A stretch of 32,000 nt of DNA from Crocosphaera subtropica ATCC 51142 (GTDB taxonomy: Bacteria > Cyanobacteriota > Cyanobacteriia > Cyanobacteriales > Microcystaceae), in the NCBI RefSeq assembly GCF_000017845.1, contig NC_010546.1, forward strand, positions 1,740,001 to 1,772,000. The letters are read 5' to 3'. Position numbers and translations under genes: made by a program. Numbering within the stretch: the stretch's first letter is position 1; each line of letters starts with the position of its first letter. The notes under the pieces are model-generated. The model saw nothing but the letters and a program-made list of their open reading frames with translations. It made no database searches and was not told the origin of the DNA. Below are positions 23,994-32,000 of the stretch, piece by piece.

Positions 23994-24257
23994 ATGAATA
24001 TTATTGCTTGGATTATTTTAGGTTTATTAGCAGGGGCGATCGCTAAATGGATTTTTCCTGGTCATCAGGGTGGGGGCTTTCTGGCTACCATGTTTCTGGG
24101 AATCATCGGGGCATTTATTGGCGGAACGCTGATGACTTTCATTAGGACAGGAACCCTACAATTGGTTGGAGCCTCTTTAAGTATTCCAGGGGTTGTTGTG
24201 GCTGTTTTAGGAGCTATTATTGCCATCTGGCTTTGGGGTTTAATTAATCGTGGCTAA
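23994..24257 (+). CDS. GlsB/YeaQ/YmgE-family (transglycosylase-associated) small membrane protein
   Basis: MNIIAWIILGLLAGAIAKWIFPGHQGGGFLATMFLGIIGAFIGG is the typical family sequence. Confidence 0.85.
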   Translation: MNIIAWIILGLLAGAIAKWIFPGHQGGGFLATMFLGIIGAFIGGTLMTFIRTGTLQLVGASLSIPGVVVAVLGAIIAIWLWGLINRG

Positions 24258-24323
24258 CTCATATCTCACCGTTTCGATTACATTAGCTACTTTATAAGCA
24301 TTCAGCTATCGGCTTAAAAATGT

Positions 24324-24351
24324 TGACCACTGAACGCTAACCATTGACTAC
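24324..24351 (+). repeat. Degenerate heptamer tandem repeat (TGACCAC type, 4 units)
   Basis: TGACCAC TGAACGC TAACCAT TGACTAC, period 7. Confidence 0.4.
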
Positions 24352-24420
24352 TTACTAATTTAAGTTTATTTGTAAGGAGTGCAAGATATCAGTTAATCTT
24401 GGCTAAGATTCAGCATTTTT

Positions 24421-24448
24421 AAAGGGGTCAACAACCGTTGACCCCTTT
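24421..24448. terminator. 12-bp stem hairpin AAAGGGGTCAAC-AACC-GTTGACCCCTTT between convergent genes, second copy of the GGGGTCAAC palindrome
   Basis: Perfect stem. It lies 13 nt beyond the stop of the minus-strand gene at 24461 and 164 nt after the plus-strand gene. Confidence 0.55.
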
Positions 24449-24460
24449 AACATTTATTGT

Positions 24461-26086
24461 CTAGTTTTGTTTGATGTTATTTAACCATTCTCGTAGTTGT
24501 TCGCCAGCCACTTCTCGTCCCCCTAACCCAAAGGCTAAGGCGATCGCCGCAGCAATCCCTCCTACTAATAAGCCAAAGGCTAAATTAACAATATTCGGAG
24601 CAATGCCCATCTGTTGCAAGGCCATAGCCACCACAAAAATAAGAATAGAAATTCGGGCAGTGTGGCCTAAAAATTTAGCTTGACGAGTGCCTGAGTTGGT
24701 AATTAAGTTAAAGCAAAGATTAGCTAAATAAAGTCCTAACGCTAAAACAGCCAGTCCTACTAAAACTTGACCAGCGATCGCTAACAACACGCCAACTACG
24801 GCTCTTAAGGCTTCGATTTCAAGAATATCTACCGCCGTCAAAGAGGCAAGTAACATCACTACCACTAAAACAACGATACCGGCGATTTCTGACGGGGTTC
24901 GGGTTGGAGTCTTAGCAGTTGAAATGGGAGTCGTATCAGTTGAAGTCGCAGGGGGTACACTGGTAGGAACTTCAGTGGTAGAAGTTGGTGTTGGAGTTGT
25001 AGGAGTAGGGGGGGTTTTTGTCGTTTGAGCAATACCCAACCATTGAAAAATGTTGTTGAAGCCGACACTTCTTAACACATTAGTTACCATGTCTGAGAGA
25101 TATTGTCCCCCAACATAAGCTAACCCTAAGACCACTGTGGCTGCAAATAATTTAGGCAAGAGATTTAAGACTTGATTGAGCATTTCCGTCGCTGGTTCGG
25201 AAATAGCTTGAATTTGCAGCGCATCTAAGGCAGTAATGGCAACAGGAATTAAAATGAGGACATTAACAACCGTGCCAATGATATTGGATAGGGAGTTACC
25301 AGTAGGATCGCTCGATAAGCCAAATTTTTCCCCTACCTGGTTGATGGGGGTTGTAGCCAGTAAACTGCTAACCACCCGTTGCACAATTTTAGCGACAACC
25401 CAGCCCACGGCTGCAATAATGACAGCAGCAAGAATATTGGGGATAATGGCTAAAATTTGGTCTAAGAGTCCTTGTACCGGGGCTAAAGTTCCTTCAAGAC
25501 TCAGGGTACTGAGAATCGAGGGTAAAAACAGCAGAATAACTAGCCAGTAAACAGCATTACCGATGGTTTGGGATACGGAGATTTCCTCTGTGTCTCCTCC
25601 TAACCGTTGTTCAAGATTAAAAGTCCCTAAAAGACGGGTAATAAGTGTCTTAGATAGGGTCGCTAATATCCAAGCAATGGCCACTAAAATACCAGCCCCC
25701 AGAAGTTTTGGTAGGAAACTGGTAATTTCTTCGAGAAGGGCATTGAGGGGTTGATAAACCGCCTCCAGTTGCAAGGTGTTTAAAAAAGCAACAACAGCGA
25801 AGAGAATAATTAGCCAATAGGCAAAATCAGATAGCCATTTTTCTATAGGAATCGAGCTACCGGATGAATCATCTCCAGCAATCCAAGCAGCGATTTGATT
25901 ATCGATTTCGGTACTCTGGAGAACTTTTTTAACAACGCCTCTAACAATCGAGGCGATAATCCAACCAACTAACAGAATAATTAGACCTTGTAACAAAGTC
26001 CAACCATCTGAAAATAGTTGATTCAATAAAGACGGATCAACAATAGGGGTTTCTTGTGCCAGAAACCAGCGGGTTAAGGTAGTCAT
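24461..26086 (-). CDS. Multi-pass membrane protein built of repeated 'conserved TM helix' units with a P/T-rich linker
   Basis: Recurrent helices of the form LL.GLIILLVGWIIASIVRGVVKKVL, LLGAGILVAIAWILATLSKTLITRLL and ILAAVIIAAVGWVVAKIVQRVVSSLL. The linker is TKTPPTPTTPTPTSTTEVPTSVPPATSTDTTP. No MscS beta-domain was recognised. Confidence 0.7.
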   Translation of the reverse strand: MTTLTRWFLAQETPIVDPSLLNQLFSDGWTLLQGLIILLVGWIIASIVRGVVKKVLQSTEIDNQIAAWIAGDDSSGSSIPIEKWLSDFAYWLIILFAVVAFLNTLQLEAVYQPLNALLEEITSFLPKLLGAGILVAIAWILATLSKTLITRLLGTFNLEQRLGGDTEEISVSQTIGNAVYWLVILLFLPSILSTLSLEGTLAPVQGLLDQILAIIPNILAAVIIAAVGWVVAKIVQRVVSSLLATTPINQVGEKFGLSSDPTGNSLSNIIGTVVNVLILIPVAITALDALQIQAISEPATEMLNQVLNLLPKLFAATVVLGLAYVGGQYLSDMVTNVLRSVGFNNIFQWLGIAQTTKTPPTPTTPTPTSTTEVPTSVPPATSTDTTPISTAKTPTRTPSEIAGIVVLVVVMLLASLTAVDILEIEALRAVVGVLLAIAGQVLVGLAVLALGLYLANLCFNLITNSGTRQAKFLGHTARISILIFVVAMALQQMGIAPNIVNLAFGLLVGGIAAAIALAFGLGGREVAGEQLREWLNNIKQN

Positions 26087-26216
26087 GATATAACCTTTGA
26101 AAAATCAAGCGGTATATTTTCGGTTTTAATATAACGAAATACCAACTTAATGTTCAAAATATGTCAAGTTACTTTAGACTACCCTTAACAATTAATCATA
26201 ATTCCTTTGTAGTCCA

Positions 26217-26918
26217 TTAAGAGGGACTTCCTGTCAAACTAGGAAGGGGTTGATGGGTTAAACAATGCCAATAACAAGTAAATAAATTGGGATGGGGATA
26301 GCTTAGGGAAGCGATGGCAGGGGCTGCTGGAAACGGCCATAAACGATCAAACACAATGGTTTGACCCTTAAGGCTAAACTGTAACAAATACAGGGAGGGA
26401 GGAGCATCGAGAGAGTCTAACAGTCCTTGTGCTAAATCAAACAGAGAACGATGTAAGGACTTATTCAAGGTAATGGGTTGCTCGTAGGAATTGGGATAAA
26501 CGCCTTCGCCAATAATTTCCCCATAGATTAATTCTGCGGGGGTAACGGCGATGGGTAGCCATAAATCCCCTAACCAAGAATCCCCAATACTGGTTTTATA
26601 CCCTAAGGTTTTCTCAACCCATAATCTTCGTCCCTTCACATCTTTGCAATCTTGATAAATTTTCTGTTCCCGAAAGGGCAGCCACGTTGGTATGTCTATG
26701 GTCAGGGGACAATAGATTGTATCGAGATCAGCTTTGGGAGGCTGAACCGTTTTTGACCATAATGTGGCTGCTGCTATCACTTCAACCTGAGTTGAGGGAG
26801 AATCAGCATGAATGGCTGTTTCAAGTGCCATCACCATTTTTTCGGTTGCTGGAGAAGCTAGATAGGTTGTCCCTTCAGCTTTGACCTCAGCATTGACGAT
26901 AACTAAAGCTTTACGCAT
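26217..26918 (-). CDS. Hypothetical protein downstream of sasA
   Basis: 233-aa ORF with ATG start, same orientation as sasA, 88-nt gap. No motif recognised. Confidence 0.55.
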   Translation of the reverse strand: MRKALVIVNAEVKAEGTTYLASPATEKMVMALETAIHADSPSTQVEVIAAATLWSKTVQPPKADLDTIYCPLTIDIPTWLPFREQKIYQDCKDVKGRRLWVEKTLGYKTSIGDSWLGDLWLPIAVTPAELIYGEIIGEGVYPNSYEQPITLNKSLHRSLFDLAQGLLDSLDAPPSLYLLQFSLKGQTIVFDRLWPFPAAPAIASLSYPHPNLFTCYWHCLTHQPLPSLTGSPS

Positions 26919-27006
26919 ATCGGTTGAATGATTGAGCGAGTCTTGTCTTTTCTAGTCAGTGGAAAAATCTAACACACCTCTATACAGAGATTACCCAGGT
27001 TAATCG

Positions 27007-28101
27007 TTAACGATAAACGGGTAATGTAAAATGAAAACAACTACCTTGTCCGGGTACACTATCAACCCAAATTTGGCCATAGTGGACACGAATAATTTTA
27101 CGACATAAGGATAACCCTAATCCATAACCTTCTTTTCCTTGATCCCGTTGCAAACGGAAGTGGCCTTCAAAAATGCGTTCCTGTTTTTCTTCAGGAATTC
27201 CAGGCCCGGTATCACAGACACTCACTTGTACTTTTTGACTGGTCCGATGGAGAATTGATAGGGTAATTTCTCCTCCTTCTGATGTATATTTAATCGCATT
27301 ATCGATCAGGTTGACAATCACCTGACGGATTAATTCTTCATCGGCATAAACCCCAGGTACGTCTTGGGGAACATCTTGGATTAATTTTAAGGATTTTTCT
27401 GTTAACAAATCGTTATATTGTTCTACAATCTCTTTGGATAAGCGAGGTAAGAAAACTTCTGTCTGGTGAACTTGCAGTTGAGCATTCATGCTTTTGGATG
27501 CTTGTAAAATGTCTGTAATCAGACGATTCATCACCCGAAATTGGTTACGGGTTTGGTTGAATAGTTGTGCTGTTAATTTTTGTTGCTTCTCAGTTGGGTC
27601 TTGATTTTTGGCCAATTCTAGGGTTTCTACGGCAATGGAAGCAGCGGTTAGGGGACTGCGTAAATCATGGGCTAACATGGCTAACACTTGATCTTTGAAC
27701 TTCAGTTGTTCTTGTAAATTTTCTTTGTCTTTCTTCAGACGAAATATCTCATCGGAAAGACGCATTAGCTCCCCTGAATAACCAACATTGCTCGATTTTT
27801 CTAGTAATGAATCATGATGATTTTCTTCTAAAGATGATAGCCATTTGGGCCACCATTTTTTCAATTGATTGACAAGATTGCTTCCCGCTAGGGTTTGTCT
27901 GGGTTCTGGTACCACTTTAACCAATGCCGGGGTTGCGACTAACCGAAAATGCTCAACGAGGTGGGGCTGTTCGTGAATTTCAATAACTTCTAATTGGCAA
28001 GGACAATCTTGACTGACGGTTTTGATATAATCGCGGATCGGTTGAATATACTCATGGGAACTGGGACGCTCATCGACAAACAACAATAACTGAATCGACA
28101 T
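27007..28101 (-). CDS. sasA: Adaptive-response sensory kinase SasA (KaiB-like N-terminal domain + HisKA + HATPase_c)
   Basis: The N-terminus MSIQLLLFVDERPSS...QPHLVEHFRLVATPALVKVVPEPRQTLAGSNLVNQLKKWW is KaiB/thioredoxin-like. H-box LAMLAHDLRSPLT. N/G boxes LIDNAIKYT, DTGPGIP and GYGLGLSLC. An alternative GTG start is at 28155. Confidence 0.9.
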   Translation of the reverse strand: MSIQLLLFVDERPSSHEYIQPIRDYIKTVSQDCPCQLEVIEIHEQPHLVEHFRLVATPALVKVVPEPRQTLAGSNLVNQLKKWWPKWLSSLEENHHDSLLEKSSNVGYSGELMRLSDEIFRLKKDKENLQEQLKFKDQVLAMLAHDLRSPLTAASIAVETLELAKNQDPTEKQQKLTAQLFNQTRNQFRVMNRLITDILQASKSMNAQLQVHQTEVFLPRLSKEIVEQYNDLLTEKSLKLIQDVPQDVPGVYADEELIRQVIVNLIDNAIKYTSEGGEITLSILHRTSQKVQVSVCDTGPGIPEEKQERIFEGHFRLQRDQGKEGYGLGLSLCRKIIRVHYGQIWVDSVPGQGSCFHFTLPVYR

Positions 28102-28313
28102 AGATGCAGCCTGATCAGTTTTAGCGGTTGTTTGATGGTTGGGGGGTTCTAGCACTGCAACTCGATACTATATACTGACAAATAAGGAAGGTTCTTAGAT
28201 TAAGAGATTTTTCCTATCTATTCTATTCTAGATTCTTAAGATAGTCTAAAATCAACTACACTTAATCTTAAAGCTTAATGGCAAAAACTTCACTGTAGTG
28301 GTTGAAAACAATT

Positions 28314-29936
28314 ATGGCTCTTGGCTATGTTGCCCTCGTCCTTCACGCACACTTACCGTTTGTCCGACATCCTGAACGGGATTATGTCTTAGAGGAAGAG
28401 TGGCTTTATGAAGCTATTACAGAAACTTATATTCCTCTGCTTCGGGTTTTTGAGGGACTACAACGGGATGGCATCGATTTCAAAATAACGATGAGCTTAA
28501 CACCGCCTTTGGTGTCGATGTTGCGAGATCCTTTACTCCAAGAACGCTACCATGAGCATCTAGGTAAGTTAGAAGAACTGACGCTCAAAGAAATTGAGAA
28601 TAATCAACACAATGGCCATGTTCGCTATTTAGCTGAATTTTATTATCAAGAATTTACCCAAATTCGCCAAACTTGGGCAAAATATAACGGAGATTTAATT
28701 GTCGGGTTTCAACAGTTTCTAGAGAGTAATAATCTCGAAATCATGACTTCTGGGGCAACTCACGGTTATCTCCCTTTGATGAAAATGTACCCTCAAGCGG
28801 TGTGGTCCCAAATTAAAGTAGCCTGTGACCATTATAACGAAACCTTTGGTCGTCCCCCGAAAGGTATCTGGTTGCCTGAATGTGCCTATTATGAAGGGTT
28901 AGAAAAGATGCTGGCTAAGGCGGGTTTACGTTACTTTATTATTGATGGTCATGGTATTTTATACGCCCACCCTCGCCCCCGTTATGGCACCTATGCCCCT
29001 GTGTTTACAGAAACCGGGGTGGCAGCTTTTGGTCGAGATCATGAATCTTCTAGTCAGGTTTGGTCTTCTAAAATGGGCTATCCGGGTGATCCTGAATATC
29101 GAGAATTTTACAAGGATTTGGGTTGGGAAGCTGATTACGATTACATCAAACCCTACATTATGCCCAATGGTCAACGGAAGAACACGGGGATTAAGTACCA
29201 TAAAATTACCAATACTCAGGGCAATATGGGAAATAAGGAGTTTTATGATCCCTATTGGGCCAGAGAAAAGGCAGCCGAACACGCAGGGAATTTTATGTAC
29301 AATCGTGAGCAACAAATTTCCCATTTAGCTAATATGATGCAACGTCCCCCTGTGGTGGTGGCTCCCTATGATGCAGAGTTGTTCGGCCATTGGTGGTACG
29401 AAGGGCCTTGGTTTCTAGATTATTTATTCCGTAAGACGTGGTACGACCAAAGTACCTTTGATATGGTTCATTTAGCTGACTATCTACGTCATAACCCGAC
29501 TCAGCAATTGTGTCGTCTCTCTCAGTCGAGTTGGGGTTATAAGGGGTTTCATGAGTTTTGGCTCAATGACTCGAATACTTGGATTTATCCCCATCTCCAT
29601 GCAGCAACAGAACGGATGATAGATTTAAGTAATCTAGAACCGGCTGATGAATTAGAAGAAAGGGCTTTAAATCAAGCAGCACGGGAGTTATTATTGGCTC
29701 AATCTTCTGACTGGGCGTTTATTATGCGTACAGGAACAATGGTTCCTTATGCAGTGGAGCGCACGAAAACCCATCTTTTGCGATTTAATCAGATTTATGA
29801 TGATTTTCAACTAGGAACGATTAATGCTAATTTCTTAGATAGCATCGAGGCAATTGATAATATTTTTCCCAATATTGATTATCGGGTTTATCGTTTCTCA
29901 GGAAACAGGGAACAGGGAACAGGGAACAGAAAATAA
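28314..29936 (+). CDS. GH57-family 1,4-alpha-glucan branching enzyme-like protein
   Basis: GYVALVLHAHLPFVRHPE, WLPECAY and APYDAELFGHWWYEGP are GH57/DUF1957 signatures. The ATG at 28314 is preferred over the TTG at 28302. Confidence 0.88.
   Translation: MALGYVALVLHAHLPFVRHPERDYVLEEEWLYEAITETYIPLLRVFEGLQRDGIDFKITMSLTPPLVSMLRDPLLQERYHEHLGKLEELTLKEIENNQHNGHVRYLAEFYYQEFTQIRQTWAKYNGDLIVGFQQFLESNNLEIMTSGATHGYLPLMKMYPQAVWSQIKVACDHYNETFGRPPKGIWLPECAYYEGLEKMLAKAGLRYFIIDGHGILYAHPRPRYGTYAPVFTETGVAAFGRDHESSSQVWSSKMGYPGDPEYREFYKDLGWEADYDYIKPYIMPNGQRKNTGIKYHKITNTQGNMGNKEFYDPYWAREKAAEHAGNFMYNREQQISHLANMMQRPPVVVAPYDAELFGHWWYEGPWFLDYLFRKTWYDQSTFDMVHLADYLRHNPTQQLCRLSQSSWGYKGFHEFWLNDSNTWIYPHLHAATERMIDLSNLEPADELEERALNQAARELLLAQSSDWAFIMRTGTMVPYAVERTKTHLLRFNQIYDDFQLGTINANFLDSIEAIDNIFPNIDYRVYRFSGNREQGTGNRK
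29901..29935 (+). repeat. Heptamer tandem repeat (GGGAACA) x about 4.5 forming the last 11 codons and the stop of the GH57 gene
   Basis: GGAAACA GGGAACA GGGAACA GGGAACA GAAAATA, translated as GNREQGTGNRK-stop. Confidence 0.8.
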
Positions 29937-29972
29937 TGGCATTAGTTGTTCTCAGTTCCCCTAATTATGGGG

Positions 29973-30311
29973 TTAATTACTTCCACTAAAAGTAACTTCT
30001 GGAAACTTACTTTGAGCTTCCTTCATGGTAATACTTTTACCTTGGTTACGGAGGTCTTGCCAGTAATTAATCACTTCTGTGGCTTTATTGAGTATTTCGA
30101 TTCTTTCTGTTTCTAAAATCCAGTGTTTGGCTTCTAATTCGTCTTTTAATTCTTGCCAAGCATCGTTACGTGGCCAGAAAAAATAAGCTGTTAGTGGGCT
30201 AGTTCCTTTTCCGACTACTTGATCAACTGCGATCGCTACGTTGGCATCTAACCACAGCACTTTTAATATAAATCTAGGCTCCAATTGCCCCTCCAGTTGA
30301 ATAAACGACAA
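29973..30311 (-). CDS. ycf65: PSRP-3/Ycf65-like 30S ribosomal protein
   Basis: [52 protein letters not shown] matches the conserved PSRP-3 core as I recall it. There is no in-frame ATG near the N-terminus, so a TTG start is assumed. Confidence 0.8.
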   Translation of the reverse strand: MSFIQLEGQLEPRFILKVLWLDANVAIAVDQVVGKGTSPLTAYFFWPRNDAWQELKDELEAKHWILETERIEILNKATEVINYWQDLRNQGKSITMKEAQSKFPEVTFSGSN

Positions 30312-30345
30312 CTATATTTCATAACATACAACACCCCATTATACC

Positions 30346-30960
30346 CTATTGAGTCACAGTTTGACTATTAAACAGGCTCATAGCTTTTTCAATGCCTTCT
30401 TTTAAGCTAGTTTCAATGGCATCAACCACTAAGGGGAAGGTTTTATCAACAATCTTTCTTTCTTCGGGAGCAAATCGCCCTAAAACATGAGAAACGGTAT
30501 TATCGAGTTGACCAGATTTGCCAATACCGATGCGTAAACGGGGAAAGTTTTGCTCCCCTAAATGGGAAATAATGGATTTCATACCATTATGACCGCCGGC
30601 TGACCCTGATAGACGCATTCTCATGCGACCAATAGGCAGATCCATATCATCATAAATGACTAAAACATCCGTTGCTATTAGTTTATACCAGTCGGTCACA
30701 GCCCGCACCGACTGACCCGAACGATTCATATAAGTTAAAGGTTTGAGTAGATAAATTTTTTGATAAGTGGGACTATTCCCTTCTGCGATTAGTCCTTGAA
30801 AACGGCGGTTCTCTTTCCAAGAGAGTCCCCAAGTTTCAGCTAAAATATCGACAATTTCAAACCCAATATTATGACGAGTCTTATCGTATTTAGGTTCAGG
30901 ATTTCCCAATCCCACAATCAGCTTAGGAATAATGAGTGAGTTAGATTTTGTTTCGGACAT
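30346..30960 (-). CDS. pth: Peptidyl-tRNA hydrolase
   Basis: LIVGLGNPEPKYDKTRHNIGF, YMNRSGQSV, GGHNGMKSI and RLRIGIG motifs. Confidence 0.95.
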   Translation of the reverse strand: MSETKSNSLIIPKLIVGLGNPEPKYDKTRHNIGFEIVDILAETWGLSWKENRRFQGLIAEGNSPTYQKIYLLKPLTYMNRSGQSVRAVTDWYKLIATDVLVIYDDMDLPIGRMRMRLSGSAGGHNGMKSIISHLGEQNFPRLRIGIGKSGQLDNTVSHVLGRFAPEERKIVDKTFPLVVDAIETSLKEGIEKAMSLFNSQTVTQ

Positions 30961-31236
30961 TTAGCTAGGTATGGTTTTTTGTTTGATTCTTTATTTAAAG
31001 TATAGTAATGTTCAAGATTATTGGCTAGATAAGACAAGAGATCATATTGACACTCTGAACAAAGAATAAGCAGAAAAATAGCTTTTAAAATATAGGTTCA
31101 ATCACTCAATTGATTCAGATAAGATTCGTCATCTTGTTCAACAAGAGTCAACCTTCTCCTCGGTAGTAATTGACAGTTCTCAGGCAGATAAGTCAAGATA
31201 TTAATATAACGTAAATCTTTGTAAAGCTTGACCTAA

Positions 31237-31866
31237 ATGTCAATCGAATTTCTGTCACTAGAGAACATTCAAGAAATTGCACGTCAATACGGGTATTGGG
31301 CAGTATTTATTGGCATTGCCTTGGAAAATACTGGAATCCCCATTCCTGGCGAAACTATCACTATCGTGGGCGGTTTTTTAGCTGGAAGCGGAGAACTGGG
31401 CTACTGGATCGTCTTAGGAAGTGCGATCGCTGGTGCTGTCATCGGCGATAATTTTGGTTATTGGATTGGCCGCTGGGGAGGTTGGCCATTATTAATAAAA
31501 GTAGGAAGCTTTTTTAACATCTCCACCAAACAACTAGAAGGAGTAAGAAACAAGTTTAGTAAAAATGCAGCCAAAGCAGTCTTTTTTGGCCGTTTTGTTA
31601 CTTTATTAAGGGTCTTTGCAGGACCCATTGCCGGTATCGCCCAAATGCCTTATTATCGATTCCTATTATGTAATTTAGGAGGGGCGACGGTTTGGGCGTT
31701 AATTATGGTAAGCTTATCCTTTTTTGTGGGAAGATTAGTTCCTTTACCTGAATTAATTCATTGGATCACTCAATTTGGTATTTTGGCTTTAATTCTGGTG
31801 ATTGCATGGGTAGGAATGACATTATGGTTAGAGTTTGGTAAACCTGGATTAGAAGGAAAAGATTAA
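31237..31866 (+). CDS. dedA: DedA/VTT-domain family membrane protein
   Basis: GYWAVFIGIALENTGIPIPGETITIVGGFLAG ... GDNFGYWIGRWGG ... FFGRFVTLLR are typical DedA motifs. Confidence 0.88.
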   Translation: MSIEFLSLENIQEIARQYGYWAVFIGIALENTGIPIPGETITIVGGFLAGSGELGYWIVLGSAIAGAVIGDNFGYWIGRWGGWPLLIKVGSFFNISTKQLEGVRNKFSKNAAKAVFFGRFVTLLRVFAGPIAGIAQMPYYRFLLCNLGGATVWALIMVSLSFFVGRLVPLPELIHWITQFGILALILVIAWVGMTLWLEFGKPGLEGKD

Positions 31867-32000
31867 GGATTTTTTAAGCTGAAACAAGCTAAAATAAACG
31901 ACTCTTAAACCCAGGAATTTAACAAAACAGAATGGTTATTTAACCAATGGGGGTTTGATAGACATTAGAAGTAATTTGTTTGAACTTACGAATTAAATTG

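Noticed and set aside
24471-25754. Antisense or alternate-frame ORFs (24471..24683, 24865..25068, 25236..25550, 25563..25754) within the TM-helix-repeat gene.
   Set aside because: They are shadow ORFs of a long membrane-protein CDS. Their translations are low-complexity (P/A/R-rich) mirror images.

Overview
This window looks like a cyanobacterial chromosomal segment. Evidence: psaC, a KaiB-domain sasA kinase, hoxW, PSRP-3/ycf65, well over a dozen HIP1 octamers (GCGATCGC) seen by eye, low GC, and heptamer tandem repeats of the kind found in unicellular Cyanothece/Crocosphaera-type genomes. Most of it is ordinary housekeeping sequence: alaS, rmlC, tsaC-family, larC, cobD, hup, psaC, pth, a GH57 glucan-branching enzyme, dedA, and unpaired two-component genes. 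Seven things stand out. (1) A tRNA-Arg(CCU) gene is split after the anticodon by a 268-nt group I intron with a recognisable IC3-type core. (2) A MotA/ExbB-like channel gene carries a roughly 140-aa helical tail and is followed by two paralogous ExbD-like single-pass genes, only one of which keeps the transmembrane Asp. No TonB, Tol or flagellar genes are nearby. This is my best candidate for an uncharacterised system. (3) larC is split by a -1 frameshift exactly at an A9 slippery run. (4) A 675-aa protein with no signal peptide carries a HEMGHAFNLAH metzincin-like motif and no family I can name. (5) An ISAs1-family IS replaces the middle of a PEP-mutase/isocitrate-lyase family gene. (6) The same GGGGTCAAC..GTTGACCCC palindrome sits at two convergent gene junctions. 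(7) Short tandem repeats lie directly after stop codons or run into coding ends and linkers. All functional calls come from motif recognition by eye. No database search was run.
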